A stretch of DNA of 64,000 nucleotides from Alphaproteobacteria bacterium (lineage in GTDB: Bacteria > Pseudomonadota > Alphaproteobacteria > SHVV01): assembly GCA_965261735.1 (NCBI GenBank), contig OZ253470.1, positions 3,136,001-3,200,000 of the forward strand. The letters are read 5' to 3'. Below the pieces are notes generated by a model. That model saw only the letters and a program-made list of their open reading frames with translations, was not told the DNA's origin and did not search any database. Shown here one piece after another: positions 43,798-55,168 of the stretch. Numbering within the stretch: the stretch's first letter is position 1; each line of letters begins with the position of its first letter. The position numbers and the translations under genes are program-made.

Positions 43798-43961
43798 CCC
43801 ATGAATATGGCACGCCTCGGCCCGAACGGCTAGGGTTCGGCCAACGGTCCGACATTTCACACTGACCCACTACCTGCGGCGCGGGCGCCGTTTGACGCCT
43901 GTCCGGGTTGGTGTACGATGCCGACGCGCCGAGGCGCCGTCATTCACCGTTGAGGCTACCC

Positions 43962-44774
43962 ATGGCCGCTTCCGCCCCCCTGATGGCCGGCAAGAAGGGG
44001 CTGATCATGGGCATCGCCAATGACCGCTCGCTCGCCTGGGGTATCGCCCGCACGGTTGCCGCGCACGGCGCCGAACTCGCGCTCACCTACCAGGGCGAGG
44101 CCCTCGGTCGCCGCGTCCTGCCGCTCGCGGAAGAGGTCGGCGCCCGCCCTGTGATTCCGTGCGACGTCGCTGACGAGGCGAGCCTCGATGCGGTCTTCAG
44201 CAGCCTCTCGGAGGCGTGGGGGTCGCTCGATTTCGTGGTCCACGCCATCGCCTACTCGGACAAGGAGCAGCTCAAGTCGCGCTATTGCGACACCACGGCC
44301 GATAATTTCGCCACGACCCTGGAGATCTCCTGCTACTCGTTTACCGCCGTGTGCCAGAGGGCGGCACCACTGATGCAGGACGGTGGCAGCCTGCTGACGC
44401 TGACCTATTTCGGCGCCGAGAAGGTGGTTCCGCACTACAACGTCATGGGTGTCGCCAAGGCCGCGCTCGAAGCCAGCGTCCGCTATCTCGCCGTCGATCT
44501 CGGCGAGCGGGGCATTCGGGTCAACGCGATCTCCGCCGGGCCGATCAAGACTCTCGCTGCTTCCGGCATCGGCGATTTCCGCTACATCCTCAAGTGGAAC
44601 GAGTACAACGCACCGCTCAAGCGCAACGTCACCATCGACGAGGTCGGCGGCGCCGCGCTCTATCTCATGAGCGATCTTGGGCGCGGCGTGACCGGCGAGA
44701 TCCATCACGTCGATTCGGGCTACCACATCGTCGGTATGAAGGCGGTCGACGCCCCCGACATCGCCACCGTTTAG
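43962..44774 (+). CDS. fabI: enoyl-ACP reductase FabI
   Basis: GIANDRSLAWGIA, YNVMGVAKAALE, ISAGPIKTLAASGI. Confidence 0.96.
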   Translation: MAASAPLMAGKKGLIMGIANDRSLAWGIARTVAAHGAELALTYQGEALGRRVLPLAEEVGARPVIPCDVADEASLDAVFSSLSEAWGSLDFVVHAIAYSDKEQLKSRYCDTTADNFATTLEISCYSFTAVCQRAAPLMQDGGSLLTLTYFGAEKVVPHYNVMGVAKAALEASVRYLAVDLGERGIRVNAISAGPIKTLAASGIGDFRYILKWNEYNAPLKRNVTIDEVGGAALYLMSDLGRGVTGEIHHVDSGYHIVGMKAVDAPDIATV

Positions 44775-44801
44775 GCGAGACGCCGGCAGGCCTCAGCCAC
44801 G

Positions 44802-45872
44802 ATGTCGGACAACAGCTTCGGCACCCTGTTCCGCGTCACCACCTGGGGCGAAAGCCACGGGCCGGCGATCGGCTGCGTCGTCGACGGCACGCCGCCCGGC
44901 ATCGCGCTCGCCGAACCCGACATCCAGAAGTGGCTCGACCGCCGCCGCCCCGGCGCTTCGCGCTTCACCAGCCAGCGCCGCGAGCCCGACACCGTGCGCA
45001 TCGAGGCCGGCGTCTTCGAGGGCCACACCACCGGCATGCCGATCAGCCTCCTGATCGACAACGTCGATTCGCGCACCGGAGACTATACCGACATCAAGGA
45101 CAGCTACCGGCCCGGCCATGCCGACTACACCTACCAGGTTAAATACGGTATCCGCGACTACCGCGGCTCGGGCCGCGCCTCGGCGCGCGAGACGGCGATG
45201 CGCGTCGCCGCCGGCGCCGTCGCGCGCAAGGTTCTCGGCGAGGGGGTCACGATCCGGGGCGCCCTCGTCCAGATCGGGACCCAAAGCATCGAGCGTGCGC
45301 GCTGGGACTGGGACGCGGTCGAGCAAAACCCCTTCTGGTGCCCCGACGCCGAGACCGCCGCCGCCTGGGAGGGTTACCTCGACGGGATTCGCAAAGAGGG
45401 ATCGTCGGTGGGCGCGGTCATCGAGGTAGTGGCGAGCGGCGTACCCGCGGGCCTCGGCGCGCCCGTCTACGGCAAGCTCGATGCCGACCTCGCCGCCGCG
45501 CTGATGAGCATCAACGCGGTCAAGGGCGTGGAGATCGGCGAGGGGTTCGGCGCCGCAGCGCTGACCGGCGCCGCCAACGCCGATGAAATGCGCATGGCGG
45601 ACGGCCAGGTCACCTTCCTCGCCAATCATGCCGGCGGCGTCCTCGGCGGTATCTCGACCGGCCAGGACGTCGTCTGCCGTTTCGCCGTCAAGCCGACCTC
45701 GTCGATCCCGACGCCGCTCAGGACCGTCGATGTCCACGGCAACGAGATCGAGATCAAGACCACCGGCCGCCACGACCCCTGCGTCGGCATTCGCGCGGTG
45801 CCGGTGGGCGAGGCCATGCTCGCTTGCGTCCTCGCCGACCACACCTTGCGCCAGCGCGCGCTCGGGGTGTGA
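44802..45872 (+). CDS. aroC: chorismate synthase
   Basis: [32 protein letters not shown]. Confidence 0.98.
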   Translation: MSDNSFGTLFRVTTWGESHGPAIGCVVDGTPPGIALAEPDIQKWLDRRRPGASRFTSQRREPDTVRIEAGVFEGHTTGMPISLLIDNVDSRTGDYTDIKDSYRPGHADYTYQVKYGIRDYRGSGRASARETAMRVAAGAVARKVLGEGVTIRGALVQIGTQSIERARWDWDAVEQNPFWCPDAETAAAWEGYLDGIRKEGSSVGAVIEVVASGVPAGLGAPVYGKLDADLAAALMSINAVKGVEIGEGFGAAALTGAANADEMRMADGQVTFLANHAGGVLGGISTGQDVVCRFAVKPTSSIPTPLRTVDVHGNEIEIKTTGRHDPCVGIRAVPVGEAMLACVLADHTLRQRALGV

Positions 45873-45907
45873 GCGCCTTCAGCGCGGCCGCGCCTCTCCA
45901 ACCGGCC

Positions 45908-47281
45908 CTACGCCCCGCGTGCCCTGTCGTTTGCCGCCCGTGCGCCATCCGCATCGCCGAGCGCCTCGCACGCCTGCGCCGTGCGCCGCCAGCTGCGCGG
46001 CGCCTGGGGCTTGAGCGCCGTGCGCTCGGCGAGCAGTGCACGGGCGAGCGTAGGGCGGCCGGCCCGGAGCGCAGCCTCGATCAGCATTTCGGCGAAGACG
46101 TCGCGCTGGGCGTGACTGCCGCCTACTCGCACGATCTCGTAGCGAATCGATAGTAAGCTATCGATGCACGCATCAAAAGCTCCGCGCCCGTACGCGAGAA
46201 CCGCCCCGCACAGGGGTAGCGCGACCTCGGACCACAGCTCGGCATCGGCGCGCGGCCCGCCCGCGACGGCGCGCATGGAGTCCAGCATCTCGGCGCACGC
46301 CGCTTCGCGCCCCTCTGCCGCCAACGCCATGATGAAATGGGCGTCGGCGAAGGCGAGAACGTGATCGTGGCCGCGGGCTTCCGCCGTGTCCGCGAGCTCA
46401 GCCCAGCGCTCGCCCACGTCGATCCCGTCGTGCTCGAGCCGCCACAGCATCGAGACCGCATTGCTGACGTCGAGATAATCGTCCGAGGGCTCGGTCCGCA
46501 CGCGGGAATCGTACAGCAACAGTACCTCGTCGACCTCGCCGAGCTCGAGGTGGAACAGGGAGCGGTGCCACCACAGATGGTAGGCGAAGCTGTTGCAGCC
46601 CGACCAGCTCCCCTCCAGCCCGGCAATCCAGTCGACCCCCTCGCGCGCGCGTCCGTGCATCTCCATGACGTGCGCTACCGCATGGACGGCCCAGGGATCG
46701 GCCGCATTGAGCGCCACGGCGCGCCGCCCGACCTCCTCCGCGGCGGCGTAGTCGCCTGCCTCCTCGAGCCCGAACGCATAGGCGCCGAGCACGAAGCCGT
46801 AGCCCGGCACATCCTCGTCCCAGGCCGGGAGGACGCGGGCGATCGAATCGCGCATGTTGCGGGCATCGCCGCGGTAGAAATGGGCGAATCCAGCGAGCCT
46901 GAGCGCGAGCATGTCGCGCGGGTGATCTAGCAGGATGGCCTCCCAGGCCTCGCCCGCGGCGGCGAGGCCGCGCTCGCACCACGCTGCGAGGGCGGTGACG
47001 TGCTGGCGCTCGCGCTCGGTCGCCCCGTGGGCCGCCGCGGACTGGGCGGCGGCCAAGCTCTGCGCCGCGCGCGAATCGAGCGCCGGATTGCAGAAGAGCT
47101 GGAAGAAGTAGCCCTTGAGGCAATGGCCGAGAACGAGCTCGGGATCGGCCGCCAGCGTCTCCTTCAGGCGCGCGCCGGTATCGCGCGCGAAGCCAAGATA
47201 GGCGGTGATCGTCTCGTCGTAGTGGCGCACGGCCGCCTCGCTGGCGGCAGTGGTCTCCAGGCCGCGCTGATCACTGTGCAT
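45908..47281 (-). CDS. tetratricopeptide repeat protein (TTC38-like)
   Basis: AFGLEEAG, WAVHAVAHV, HLWWH, GGSHAQRDVF. Confidence 0.85.
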   Translation of the reverse strand: MHSDQRGLETTAASEAAVRHYDETITAYLGFARDTGARLKETLAADPELVLGHCLKGYFFQLFCNPALDSRAAQSLAAAQSAAAHGATERERQHVTALAAWCERGLAAAGEAWEAILLDHPRDMLALRLAGFAHFYRGDARNMRDSIARVLPAWDEDVPGYGFVLGAYAFGLEEAGDYAAAEEVGRRAVALNAADPWAVHAVAHVMEMHGRAREGVDWIAGLEGSWSGCNSFAYHLWWHRSLFHLELGEVDEVLLLYDSRVRTEPSDDYLDVSNAVSMLWRLEHDGIDVGERWAELADTAEARGHDHVLAFADAHFIMALAAEGREAACAEMLDSMRAVAGGPRADAELWSEVALPLCGAVLAYGRGAFDACIDSLLSIRYEIVRVGGSHAQRDVFAEMLIEAALRAGRPTLARALLAERTALKPQAPRSWRRTAQACEALGDADGARAANDRARGA

Positions 47282-47399
47282 TGCCTGCCCTCCTCCACCC
47301 CAACCTAGTCCTCCCGGTATTGCATCGGCAACGGCCGTACGCTTGTCTCGACACGGCCCAGACCCTACTGTCGGGCGGTCGGCGGCTCGGACAATCCCA

Positions 47400-48596
47400 A
47401 TGGACCATCGCCTCAGCAATGCGCAAGAGGACCTGAAGGCGCGGGCGCGGGCGCTCGCCGAGGGTGATATCGCGGCGCGCGCGGCCGAGGTCGACCGCAG
47501 CGAGGCATACCCCTGGGGCAACGTCGCGGCGCTCGGCGGTGCCGGCTTTCTCGGCATGACCATCCCCGAGGACTACGGCGGGCAGGGCCTCTCCTACCTC
47601 GACGCCGTCCTCGTCATCGAGGAGATGGCCAAGGCCTGCGGCGTCACCGCGCGCATCGTCGTGGAGGCCAACATGGGCGCGATCGGCGCCATCATGGCTT
47701 ACGGCAGCGAGGAGCAGAAGCGGCTCGCCGCGGACCTCGTGCTCGGCGGCGACAAGCCGGCGATCTGCATCACTGAACCCGACGCCGGCAGTGCCGCCAC
47801 CGACATGACGACGCGCGCCGACCGACGCGGCGACCGCTACATGCTCAACGGCCGCAAGCACTGGATCACCGGCGGCGGCGTCTCACGGCTCCACCTCGTG
47901 TTCGCACGCGTCTACGACGAGGCCGGCGCCGAGCTCGGCATCGGCGGCTTCATCGCCCTGCGCGACGAAGACACCGGCCTCGTAATCGGCCACCGCGAGC
48001 CGGCGATGGGATTGCGCGGCCTGCCGGAGACCGAAATCCTGTTCCAGGACATGGAGCTTCCGGCGGCGCGGCTTGTCGTGCCGCCGCGCGGACTCGCCCG
48101 GGGCTTCGCCGACCTGATGCGGGCCTATAACGGCCAGCGGGTGGGCGCGGCCACGGTGGCGCTCGGCATCGCCGAGGGTGCGTTCCGGCTCGCGCTCGCC
48201 TACGCCCAGCAGCGCGAGCAGTTCGGCCGCCCGATCGCCGAGTTCCAGGGTCTGCAATGGATGCTGGCAGACATGTCGACAAAGTTGGCGGCCGCGCGCG
48301 CGCTCATCCACAAGGCGGCCACCGGCGGGGATGCGGGCTTTCCGGACGTGCTCGAGGCGGCACAGGCCAAGATCTTCGCCTCCGAACGCGCGATCGAGGT
48401 GACCAACGACGCGCTCCAGATCTTCGGCGCCGCCGGCTATTCGCGGGCGCGCCCGCTCGAGCGCATGGTGCGCGATGCGCGCATGTTCACCATCGGCGGC
48501 GGCACGGCGCAGGTCCTGCGTAACCTCGTCGCCTCGCGCCTGTTAGGCCGCAGCCTGCCGCAGACGCGCGAGGGTTATGTGGGGGCGCAGCCATGA
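47400..48596 (+). CDS. acyl-CoA dehydrogenase family, likely 3-sulfinopropanoyl-CoA desulfinase
   Basis: ARIVVEANMG, GDKPAICITEPDAGS, SRLHLVFARV, RMFTIGGGT. Confidence 0.75.
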   Translation: MDHRLSNAQEDLKARARALAEGDIAARAAEVDRSEAYPWGNVAALGGAGFLGMTIPEDYGGQGLSYLDAVLVIEEMAKACGVTARIVVEANMGAIGAIMAYGSEEQKRLAADLVLGGDKPAICITEPDAGSAATDMTTRADRRGDRYMLNGRKHWITGGGVSRLHLVFARVYDEAGAELGIGGFIALRDEDTGLVIGHREPAMGLRGLPETEILFQDMELPAARLVVPPRGLARGFADLMRAYNGQRVGAATVALGIAEGAFRLALAYAQQREQFGRPIAEFQGLQWMLADMSTKLAAARALIHKAATGGDAGFPDVLEAAQAKIFASERAIEVTNDALQIFGAAGYSRARPLERMVRDARMFTIGGGTAQVLRNLVASRLLGRSLPQTREGYVGAQP

Positions 48597-48916
48597 AGCC
48601 TGGATCCGATGCGGACGGCGGGGCGCGGACGGTGCATTGGCTCGACCACGTCCGCGCCTATCACGTCCTGCTCGTCTGCCTCGCCCTGGGGCTCGCGGTC
48701 AACCTACTTCGCTACGGCGCCGCCTTCATCGACTTCGTGCTCGGCGCGGCCGGTATCGGCGCCGGCGTTTTTGCCATTTCGGGGGCTGTCGCGGGAGCCC
48801 TCTACTATTTCCGCCGCGAGCCGCCCGTGCGCCGCCGCACCATCATGTTTCTATGGCTCGCCGCCACCGCCGTGCTCGCGTTCGCGAGCCTTTACGCCCT
48901 GCCCCCGGTCGGCTAA
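48593..48916 (+). CDS. small membrane protein
   Basis: Three hydrophobic helices; ATGA overlap with the upstream gene. Confidence 0.65.
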   Translation: MKPGSDADGGARTVHWLDHVRAYHVLLVCLALGLAVNLLRYGAAFIDFVLGAAGIGAGVFAISGAVAGALYYFRREPPVRRRTIMFLWLAATAVLAFASLYALPPVG

Positions 48917-48945
48917 GGACGCCAGCGCGACAGCGCCGTGGAAGC

Positions 48946-51084
48946 TCAGGGTCGGATTTCGATCTCGCGGCTTACGCGGGCCACCGTCTTGGCGCCGCCG
49001 GCCACGGTGCGCTCGATCCAGTACTCCGCGCGGTAGGTGCCGATAGGCCAGGCGCCGCCCTTTCGCCTCTTGCCGGAATAGGACATCCACTGGGCCTTGT
49101 GGCGGTCCACCTTGCTCAGCCGCGACTCGAGAACGACCCGCCCCGCGGGACCCACGATCCTGAACACCTCGACGTCACCGGCATGGATGCCATAGACCAG
49201 CGCCCACAGAATCAGGGCCGGAGCGTCCGCGGCCAGGGCCGCCGTGCGGTAGCGGCCGGCCAAGACCCCTTTCAACTTCGGCGCCGTATCGGTGAGGCCC
49301 GCGGCGAGGACTCCGGTTTCGACATAGGCCAAACCCTCCGCCGCCGCCTCACTCCACATCGGCGCCGCAGTCGAGCCACAAGCGGTCGCGGCCAGCGCGC
49401 CCGCGAAGGGGTCGATCACGGCCTTGTCGCGGCGTACCTCGAAATGCACGTGGGGGAAGGTCGCCTGGCCCGACTGGCCAATCAGCCCGAGCCGCTGGCC
49501 CTTGTCGACGCGCTGCCCGCGCCGGACCGCGACGCTGTCGCGACGGAGATGACAGTACTGGCTCACCCAGCCACCGCCGTGGTCGATCAGGACCCCATTG
49601 CCACATTCGCGTCCCTCGACCGCCGGGTCGCCGCGGCCCGATACGCCGTCGTCCGACATACCATCACGCACGCCGCGAACGGCCCCCGGCGCGGCGGCGG
49701 CGACGGCGATGCCCTTGCGCATGGTGAGGAGATCGGGAACCCGGATGTCGGTTCCCTTGTGGCCGTCGTAGGTCAGGAGCCCACAGGCGTGATCGCGCGC
49801 AACCGGCCCGGGCTCCCGGTCGACGTAGTTCTGGACGAAGCACACGCGCTCCATCTCGCAATCGACAGGTAGATCGATCCTTGCCTATCCGGTTTACACC
49901 CACACCCACTAGGGCTAGAATGGGCGCAACCCGGATATAGGGGAGCGCGCCATGGATGTTCTCGACCGCGCCGATCTCCCATTCCCGCATTCGCTACCCG
50001 AGTTCCAGCGACTTTTCCCCGATGATGCGGCCTGCGCCGCCTACCTGGAGAAAGCCCACTGGGGAGACGGCTTTGCCTGCCCGCACTGCGGCACGGCGGG
50101 AGAGCCGTTCCACTTTGAAAACCGCCCTGGCGTCCTGCGCTGCCGCAAGTGCCGCCAGAACACCGGGCTGACGGTGGGAACAGTGATGGAGCGTAGCCAC
50201 ACTCCGCTGAACGTCTGGTTCTGGGCCGCTTATCTGGTCGCCAGTCAGACGCCCGGCATGTCCGCCGTGCAGTTTCAGCGGTAACTTGGTCTTTCGCGCT
50301 ACGAGACGGCCTTTCAAATTCTCCACAAGCTCCGCTCGGGCATGGTGCGGCCCAACCAAGACAGGATCGGTGGACAGCCCAAGAACCATGTTGAGGTGGA
50401 CGAAACCTGGGTTGGCGGGCGAACGCGTGGGGAAGGCCGTGGTGTTCACCACAAGGTTCCCGTCTCCTGTGCCATCGAGGTGCGTCATCGAAAGCCGGGC
50501 ACCAAGCTCGACAACCGGAAAGACGGACGCTATGCCGGACGCGTTCGGCTCGCCGTCGTGCTCGACCGTAGCGCCGAGTCGCTCTGTGGGTTCGTCGAGA
50601 GCACCGTCGCGCCGCGATCGCTGATCGTTACTGACGATTGGAGCGGCTATGCTGGCCTCGGTAAGCGCGGCTATGAGCACTTCGCTGTTGCCGAGTGTGG
50701 TGATCCAGAGGTTGCCGAGCAATACCTGCCGATCATCCATCTGGTTTTCGCCAACTTGAAGACGTGGCTGATCGGTATCCACCACGGCGTTAGCCACCAG
50801 CACCTACAAGCCTACCTCAACGAGTTCACCTTCCGCTTCAACAGGCGGTTCTACCCGTTCAACGCCTTCCGCTCATTGCTCGGCATCGCGGGCGACACCT
50901 CTGCTCCAACCTATGCCGAGCTTTACTCGGGAGAGTGGCGGCACCCTACATGTAGCGGTCATGGGCGTTAACCGGATAGGCAAGCTTCGAAGCGCGGGCC
51001 CGGCTCGGCCGCGACGGCCGAGCCGAAGAGGAGGGCAGCGAGCGAACCCGCGAGGAGGGGCGCCCGGATGGCCATGGGTGTCAT
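48946..51084 (-). pseudogene. M23 family peptidase interrupted by IS1595 copy 3
   Basis: LPVDCEMERVCFVQNYVD, HKGTD, YCHLR, FPHVH; signal-peptide-like LLAGSLAALLFGSAVAAEPGPRF lies across the IS at ~50985-51065. Confidence 0.82.
49880..50984 (+). mobile_element. IS1595 copy 3, transposase with nonsense mutation
   Basis: Full IRs; CAA>TAA at 50282-50284; flanks gatcgatc / cttcgaag. Confidence 0.95.
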
Positions 51085-51095
51085 TCCTCGCCCGC

Positions 51096-51851
51096 TCACC
51101 GGGCTCTTTGTTTGAACTCAGCCGCGATCAGGAACTCCCGGTTGCCGTCCGCGCCGGTGATCGGGCTTTCGGTAAGTCCAAGGACGCGCCAGCCCGGCTG
51201 CGCCGCGAGCCAGGCCTCGATGCGCCGGCAGACCTCCGTTTGCAGCGCCTCTTCACGCACGACGCCGCCCCGGCCTACACGCCCCCGCCCGACCTCGAAC
51301 TGCGGCTTGATGAGGGCCACGAGCCGGGCCCCCGGCGCCGCCAATCCCAGCGCCGCCGGCAGTGCGAGCTCGAGGCCGATGAAGCTCACGTCGCACACGA
51401 TCAGGCCGACGGGCTCGGGCACTTGGCGCAGCGTCAGGTGCCGGGCGTTGGTCCGCTCCAGCAGGACGACGCGGCCATCTTGGCGCAGCTTCCACGCGAG
51501 CTGGCCGCGGCCGACGTCGACCGCGTAGACGCGGGCCGCGCCACGGTCGAGGAGTACATCGGTGAAACCGCCCGTCGAGGCGCCGATATCGAGCGCGATG
51601 AGCCCGGCCGCATCGATAGCGAAGTGATCGAGCGCATGGGCGAGCTTGACGCCGCCGCGGCTGACCCACGGGTGGTCGAGCGATTTCACCTCGAGCGGCG
51701 CGTCGGCCGCGAGCGGCAAGCCAGCCTTGTCGAGCCGGCGCGTGCCGCTGTAGACCTTGCCAGCCATGACGAGCGCGCAGGCGCGGGCGCGGCTTGGCGC
51801 CATACCGCGCTCGACCAGAATCACATCGAGGCGCTGCTTGGCGATCGACAT
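51096..51851 (-). CDS. tlyA: TlyA family rRNA 2'-O-methyltransferase
   Basis: KQRLD, VSRGGVKL, DIGASTGGFTD, DVSFI, LIKPQFE, GADGNREF. Confidence 0.95.
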   Translation of the reverse strand: MSIAKQRLDVILVERGMAPSRARACALVMAGKVYSGTRRLDKAGLPLAADAPLEVKSLDHPWVSRGGVKLAHALDHFAIDAAGLIALDIGASTGGFTDVLLDRGAARVYAVDVGRGQLAWKLRQDGRVVLLERTNARHLTLRQVPEPVGLIVCDVSFIGLELALPAALGLAAPGARLVALIKPQFEVGRGRVGRGGVVREEALQTEVCRRIEAWLAAQPGWRVLGLTESPITGADGNREFLIAAEFKQRAR

Positions 51852-51971
51852 GTCGGCGTCCCTTGCCCTCGACGCGCGCCCTACCGCGCCACAGGGGCGG
51901 CGGCATCGCGAGTCCATACACCGTCGTCGGAGGGTATCTGGTCGCGCGCGGGCCCGCCCGGCGCCATCGCT

Positions 51972-53894
51972 TCAGGCCCTGGCGGGCTCCTGTGCCGCGC
52001 CCTGGCCGAGCGCCTCGAGCGCCACACGAACGATATGCGCTGCGTTGAGACCGGCGACGTCATACATCTTCGCCGGCGAGTCATGATCAATGAAGAAGTC
52101 GGGCAGCGTCATCGGGCGGATCTTGAGGCCGGCATCGAGCAACCCCGCGCTCGCGAGATAATGCAGCACGTGGGCGGCAAAGCCCCCGATCGCCGCCTCC
52201 TCTACCGTGATCAACGTCTCGTGCTCGACGGCAAGCCGGCGGATCAGGGCCTCGTCGAGCGGCTTGGCGAAACGGGCGTCGGCGACCGTGATGGAAAAGC
52301 CGCGCCCGGCAAGCTCATCCGCCGCCTTCAGGCATTCGCCGAGCCTCGCGCCGAACGATAGCAGCGCTATCGTCGTGCCCTCGCGAAGGATGCGGCCGCG
52401 GCCGATCTCGAGCGGCGTGCCGCGCACCGGGCGCGCGACGCCGGTGCCCTCCCCGCGCGGGTAACGGACCGCCGAGGGGCGGTCATCGATCGCCGCTTGC
52501 GTCGCCACCATGTGCATGAGCTCCGCCTCGTCGGCGGCGGCCATCACCACGAAGCCTGGCAGCGTGGCGAGATAGGTCACGTCGTAGGAGCCCGCGTGGG
52601 TTGGCCCGTCGGCGCCGACCAGGCCCGCGCGGTCGATAGCAAAGCGCACGGGCAGGCGCTGGATCGCGACGTCATGCACGATCTGGTCATAGGCGCGCTG
52701 CAGGAAGGTCGAATAAATGGCGGCGAACGGCTTGTAGCCCTGGGTTGCGAGGCCGGCCGCGAACGTGACGCCATGCTGCTCCGCAATGCCGACGTCGAAG
52801 CAGCGCGTCGGAAAGCGTTCCTCGAAGAGATTGAGCCCCGTGCCCGAGGGCATGGCCGCGGTCAACGCAACGATCTTGTCGTCGGCCTCGGCCTCGGCGA
52901 TCAGGGCCTCGGCGAACACCGTCGTGTAGCCCGGTGCCGCCGCCTTTGACTTGGCCTGCGTGCCGGTGACCACGTCGAACTTGCTGACACCGTGATACTT
53001 GTCGGCCGAGGCCTCGGCCGGTGCGTAGCCATGGCCCTTCTCGGTCACCACGTGAACGAGGATGGCGCCCGACCCCTTCGCGTCGCGCACGTTCTTAAGC
53101 ACGGGGAGCAGGTGCTGGAAGTTGTGCCCGTCGATGGGACCCACGTAGTAGAAGCCGAGCTCCTCGAACAGCGTGCCGCCGGTGGCGAGGCCGCGCGCGT
53201 ACTCCTCGGCGCGGCGCGCCGTGCGCTCGATGCGGCTCGGCATCTTTTTGGCCAGCTGCTTGGCGATCTGGCGCAATCCACGATAGCTGCGCGAGGAAAT
53301 GAGCCGCGATAGATAGGCGCTCATGGCCCCCACCGGACGCGCGATCGACATGTCGTTGTCGTTCAGAATGACGATCAGGCGACTCGCCATCGATCCGGCG
53401 TTGTTCATCGCCTCGTAGGCCATGCCGGCGGTCATCGCACCGTCGCCGATGACGCACACGACATTGTGGTCCTCGCCCGCGAGGTCGCGCGCCACCGCCA
53501 TGCCGAGCCCGGCGGAGATCGAAGTCGAGCTATGGGCGGCGCCGAAGGCATCGTAGACACTCTCGGCCCGCTTGGTGAACCCGGAGAGGCCGCCGCCCTG
53601 GCGCAGCGTACGAATGCGGTCGCGCCGGCCGGTCAGGATCTTGTGCGGGTAGGTCTGGTGGCCGACGTCCCAGACGAGCTTGTCGCGCGGGGTATCGAAG
53701 ATGTAGTGCAACGCCACCGTGAGCTCGACGACACCGAGGCCGGCGCCGAGATGGCCGCCGGTGATCGAGACCGCATCGACGGTCTCCTGGCGCAGCTCGT
53801 CGGCCAATATTTGAAGCTGATCGGGCGCGAGCGCTCTCAGGTCGGCAGGGGCGCTCACGGTATCGAGCAACGGTGTTTTACTAGCAACGGCCAC
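51972..53894 (-). CDS. dxs: 1-deoxy-D-xylulose-5-phosphate synthase
   Basis: [44 protein letters not shown]. Confidence 0.98.
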   Translation of the reverse strand: MAVASKTPLLDTVSAPADLRALAPDQLQILADELRQETVDAVSITGGHLGAGLGVVELTVALHYIFDTPRDKLVWDVGHQTYPHKILTGRRDRIRTLRQGGGLSGFTKRAESVYDAFGAAHSSTSISAGLGMAVARDLAGEDHNVVCVIGDGAMTAGMAYEAMNNAGSMASRLIVILNDNDMSIARPVGAMSAYLSRLISSRSYRGLRQIAKQLAKKMPSRIERTARRAEEYARGLATGGTLFEELGFYYVGPIDGHNFQHLLPVLKNVRDAKGSGAILVHVVTEKGHGYAPAEASADKYHGVSKFDVVTGTQAKSKAAAPGYTTVFAEALIAEAEADDKIVALTAAMPSGTGLNLFEERFPTRCFDVGIAEQHGVTFAAGLATQGYKPFAAIYSTFLQRAYDQIVHDVAIQRLPVRFAIDRAGLVGADGPTHAGSYDVTYLATLPGFVVMAAADEAELMHMVATQAAIDDRPSAVRYPRGEGTGVARPVRGTPLEIGRGRILREGTTIALLSFGARLGECLKAADELAGRGFSITVADARFAKPLDEALIRRLAVEHETLITVEEAAIGGFAAHVLHYLASAGLLDAGLKIRPMTLPDFFIDHDSPAKMYDVAGLNAAHIVRVALEALGQGAAQEPARA

Positions 53895-53928
53895 GAGGGG
53901 ACTCCCTTTTTCGCTCAACCGGCGCCGC

Positions 53929-54816
53929 TCAACGCCGACGCTTAATAACAAATGTCGCTACGGCCCGCAAATTGTCGGCCTTGTCGGCGAACGGTTCGAG
54001 ATGCTCCGCTGCCTGGCCAGCCAGAAGTCGCGCCTGCTGGCGCGCCCGGTCCGCACCCAGGAGCGACACGAAGGTCGCCTTCCCGCGGGCCGCGTCCTTG
54101 CGCACTTCCTTGCCCGTCGCGCCCGCGCTGCCCTCGGCATCGAGCAGATCGTCGATGATCTGAAAGGCGAGCCCGAGGTCGTGGGCGTAGGCGTGCAGCG
54201 CGTGGCGCAGCTGCGCTGCCGCGTGCCCGAGGATCGCGCCCGATTCGCACGAAAAGGCGATCAGCTCGCCGGTCTTGAGCCGCTGCAGGCGGGTCACCGT
54301 GCCGATATCGAGCCCCGCGTTCTCGGCGACGAGGTCCATCATCTGGCCGCCGACCATGCCGTGATACCCGGCCGCCGCGGCTAGCGCGCGAACGAGCTCG
54401 CAGCGAACCTCGGGGTCTCCCGCGGTGTCGGGCGAGGTCAACACCTCGAACGCGAGCGTCAGCAGCGCATCGCCGGCAAGGATGGCCGTCGCCTCGTCGA
54501 AGCGGACATGGGTTGCGGGCTGGCCGCGTCGGAGGTCGTCGTCATCCATGCACGGCAGGTCGTCGTGGACGAGCGAATAAGTGTGCACGAGCTCGACGGC
54601 GGCGGCGACGCGAAGGGCCGACTCAACCGAGACCTCGAACAGCCGCGCGCTTTCCATGACCAGAAAGGGCCGTAGCCGCTTGGCCGGCGCCAGCGCCGCA
54701 TAACGCATCGCCTCGGCGACGCGGGCCTCGGGCCCCTCGGGCACCGCAAGAAGCCCGTCGAGCGTGCGCTCGACATCCTCCGCGCCGCCGCGCATGGCCG
54801 CATCGAACGGGCTCAC
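53929..54816 (-). CDS. ispA: farnesyl diphosphate synthase
   Basis: [36 protein letters not shown]; in xseB-ispA-dxs context. Confidence 0.94.
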   Translation of the reverse strand: MSPFDAAMRGGAEDVERTLDGLLAVPEGPEARVAEAMRYAALAPAKRLRPFLVMESARLFEVSVESALRVAAAVELVHTYSLVHDDLPCMDDDDLRRGQPATHVRFDEATAILAGDALLTLAFEVLTSPDTAGDPEVRCELVRALAAAAGYHGMVGGQMMDLVAENAGLDIGTVTRLQRLKTGELIAFSCESGAILGHAAAQLRHALHAYAHDLGLAFQIIDDLLDAEGSAGATGKEVRKDAARGKATFVSLLGADRARQQARLLAGQAAEHLEPFADKADNLRAVATFVIKRRR

Positions 54817-54826
54817 ACCGCGCCCG

Positions 54827-55096
54827 TCAGCCGAGGTCGGCGGGTTTGCTCGACACCGCGCCCTCCGCACCGAGAATGATCTGATCCACCCTCTCCTTGG
54901 CGGCGCGGAGCTTGGCCTCGCAATGCTGTTTCAACTGGGTGCCGCGCGTGTACATGTCGATCGAATTCTCGAGGTCGACCTGCCCGGCCTCGAGCCGGCG
55001 CACGATCTCCTCGAGCTCGCTCAGGGCGGCTTCGAAGCTCAGCTCCTGAATGTCATCGGGGATTATCGGTGTCTCGGGGGGTGCGGCGTCGGTCAT
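54827..55096 (-). CDS. xseB: exodeoxyribonuclease VII small subunit
   Basis: LSFEAALSELEEIVRRLEAG..YTRG..CEAKL. Confidence 0.95.
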   Translation of the reverse strand: MTDAAPPETPIIPDDIQELSFEAALSELEEIVRRLEAGQVDLENSIDMYTRGTQLKQHCEAKLRAAKERVDQIILGAEGAVSSKPADLG

Positions 55097-55168
55097 TGGG
55101 GCTCCTCGGCGCTCCTTGAGTCTAAGCGGAGCGAGCCCGTCGCGGCAAGCGAGCGCCGGGCGCGCCAC

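Larger units (their letters stand above)
41858..43874 (-). mobile_element. IS1-family element with passenger genes (2017 bp)
   Basis: IRs ggtagtgggtcagt at both ends; 8 bp target duplication tgcggcgc (41850-41857 / 43875-43882). Confidence 0.92.

Noticed and set aside
49872-50992. Deletion or recombination with a distant IS copy as the cause of the mismatched flanks of IS1595 copy 3
   Set aside because: Both flanks belong to the same M23 gene and rejoin in frame; in-place inversion fits base for base
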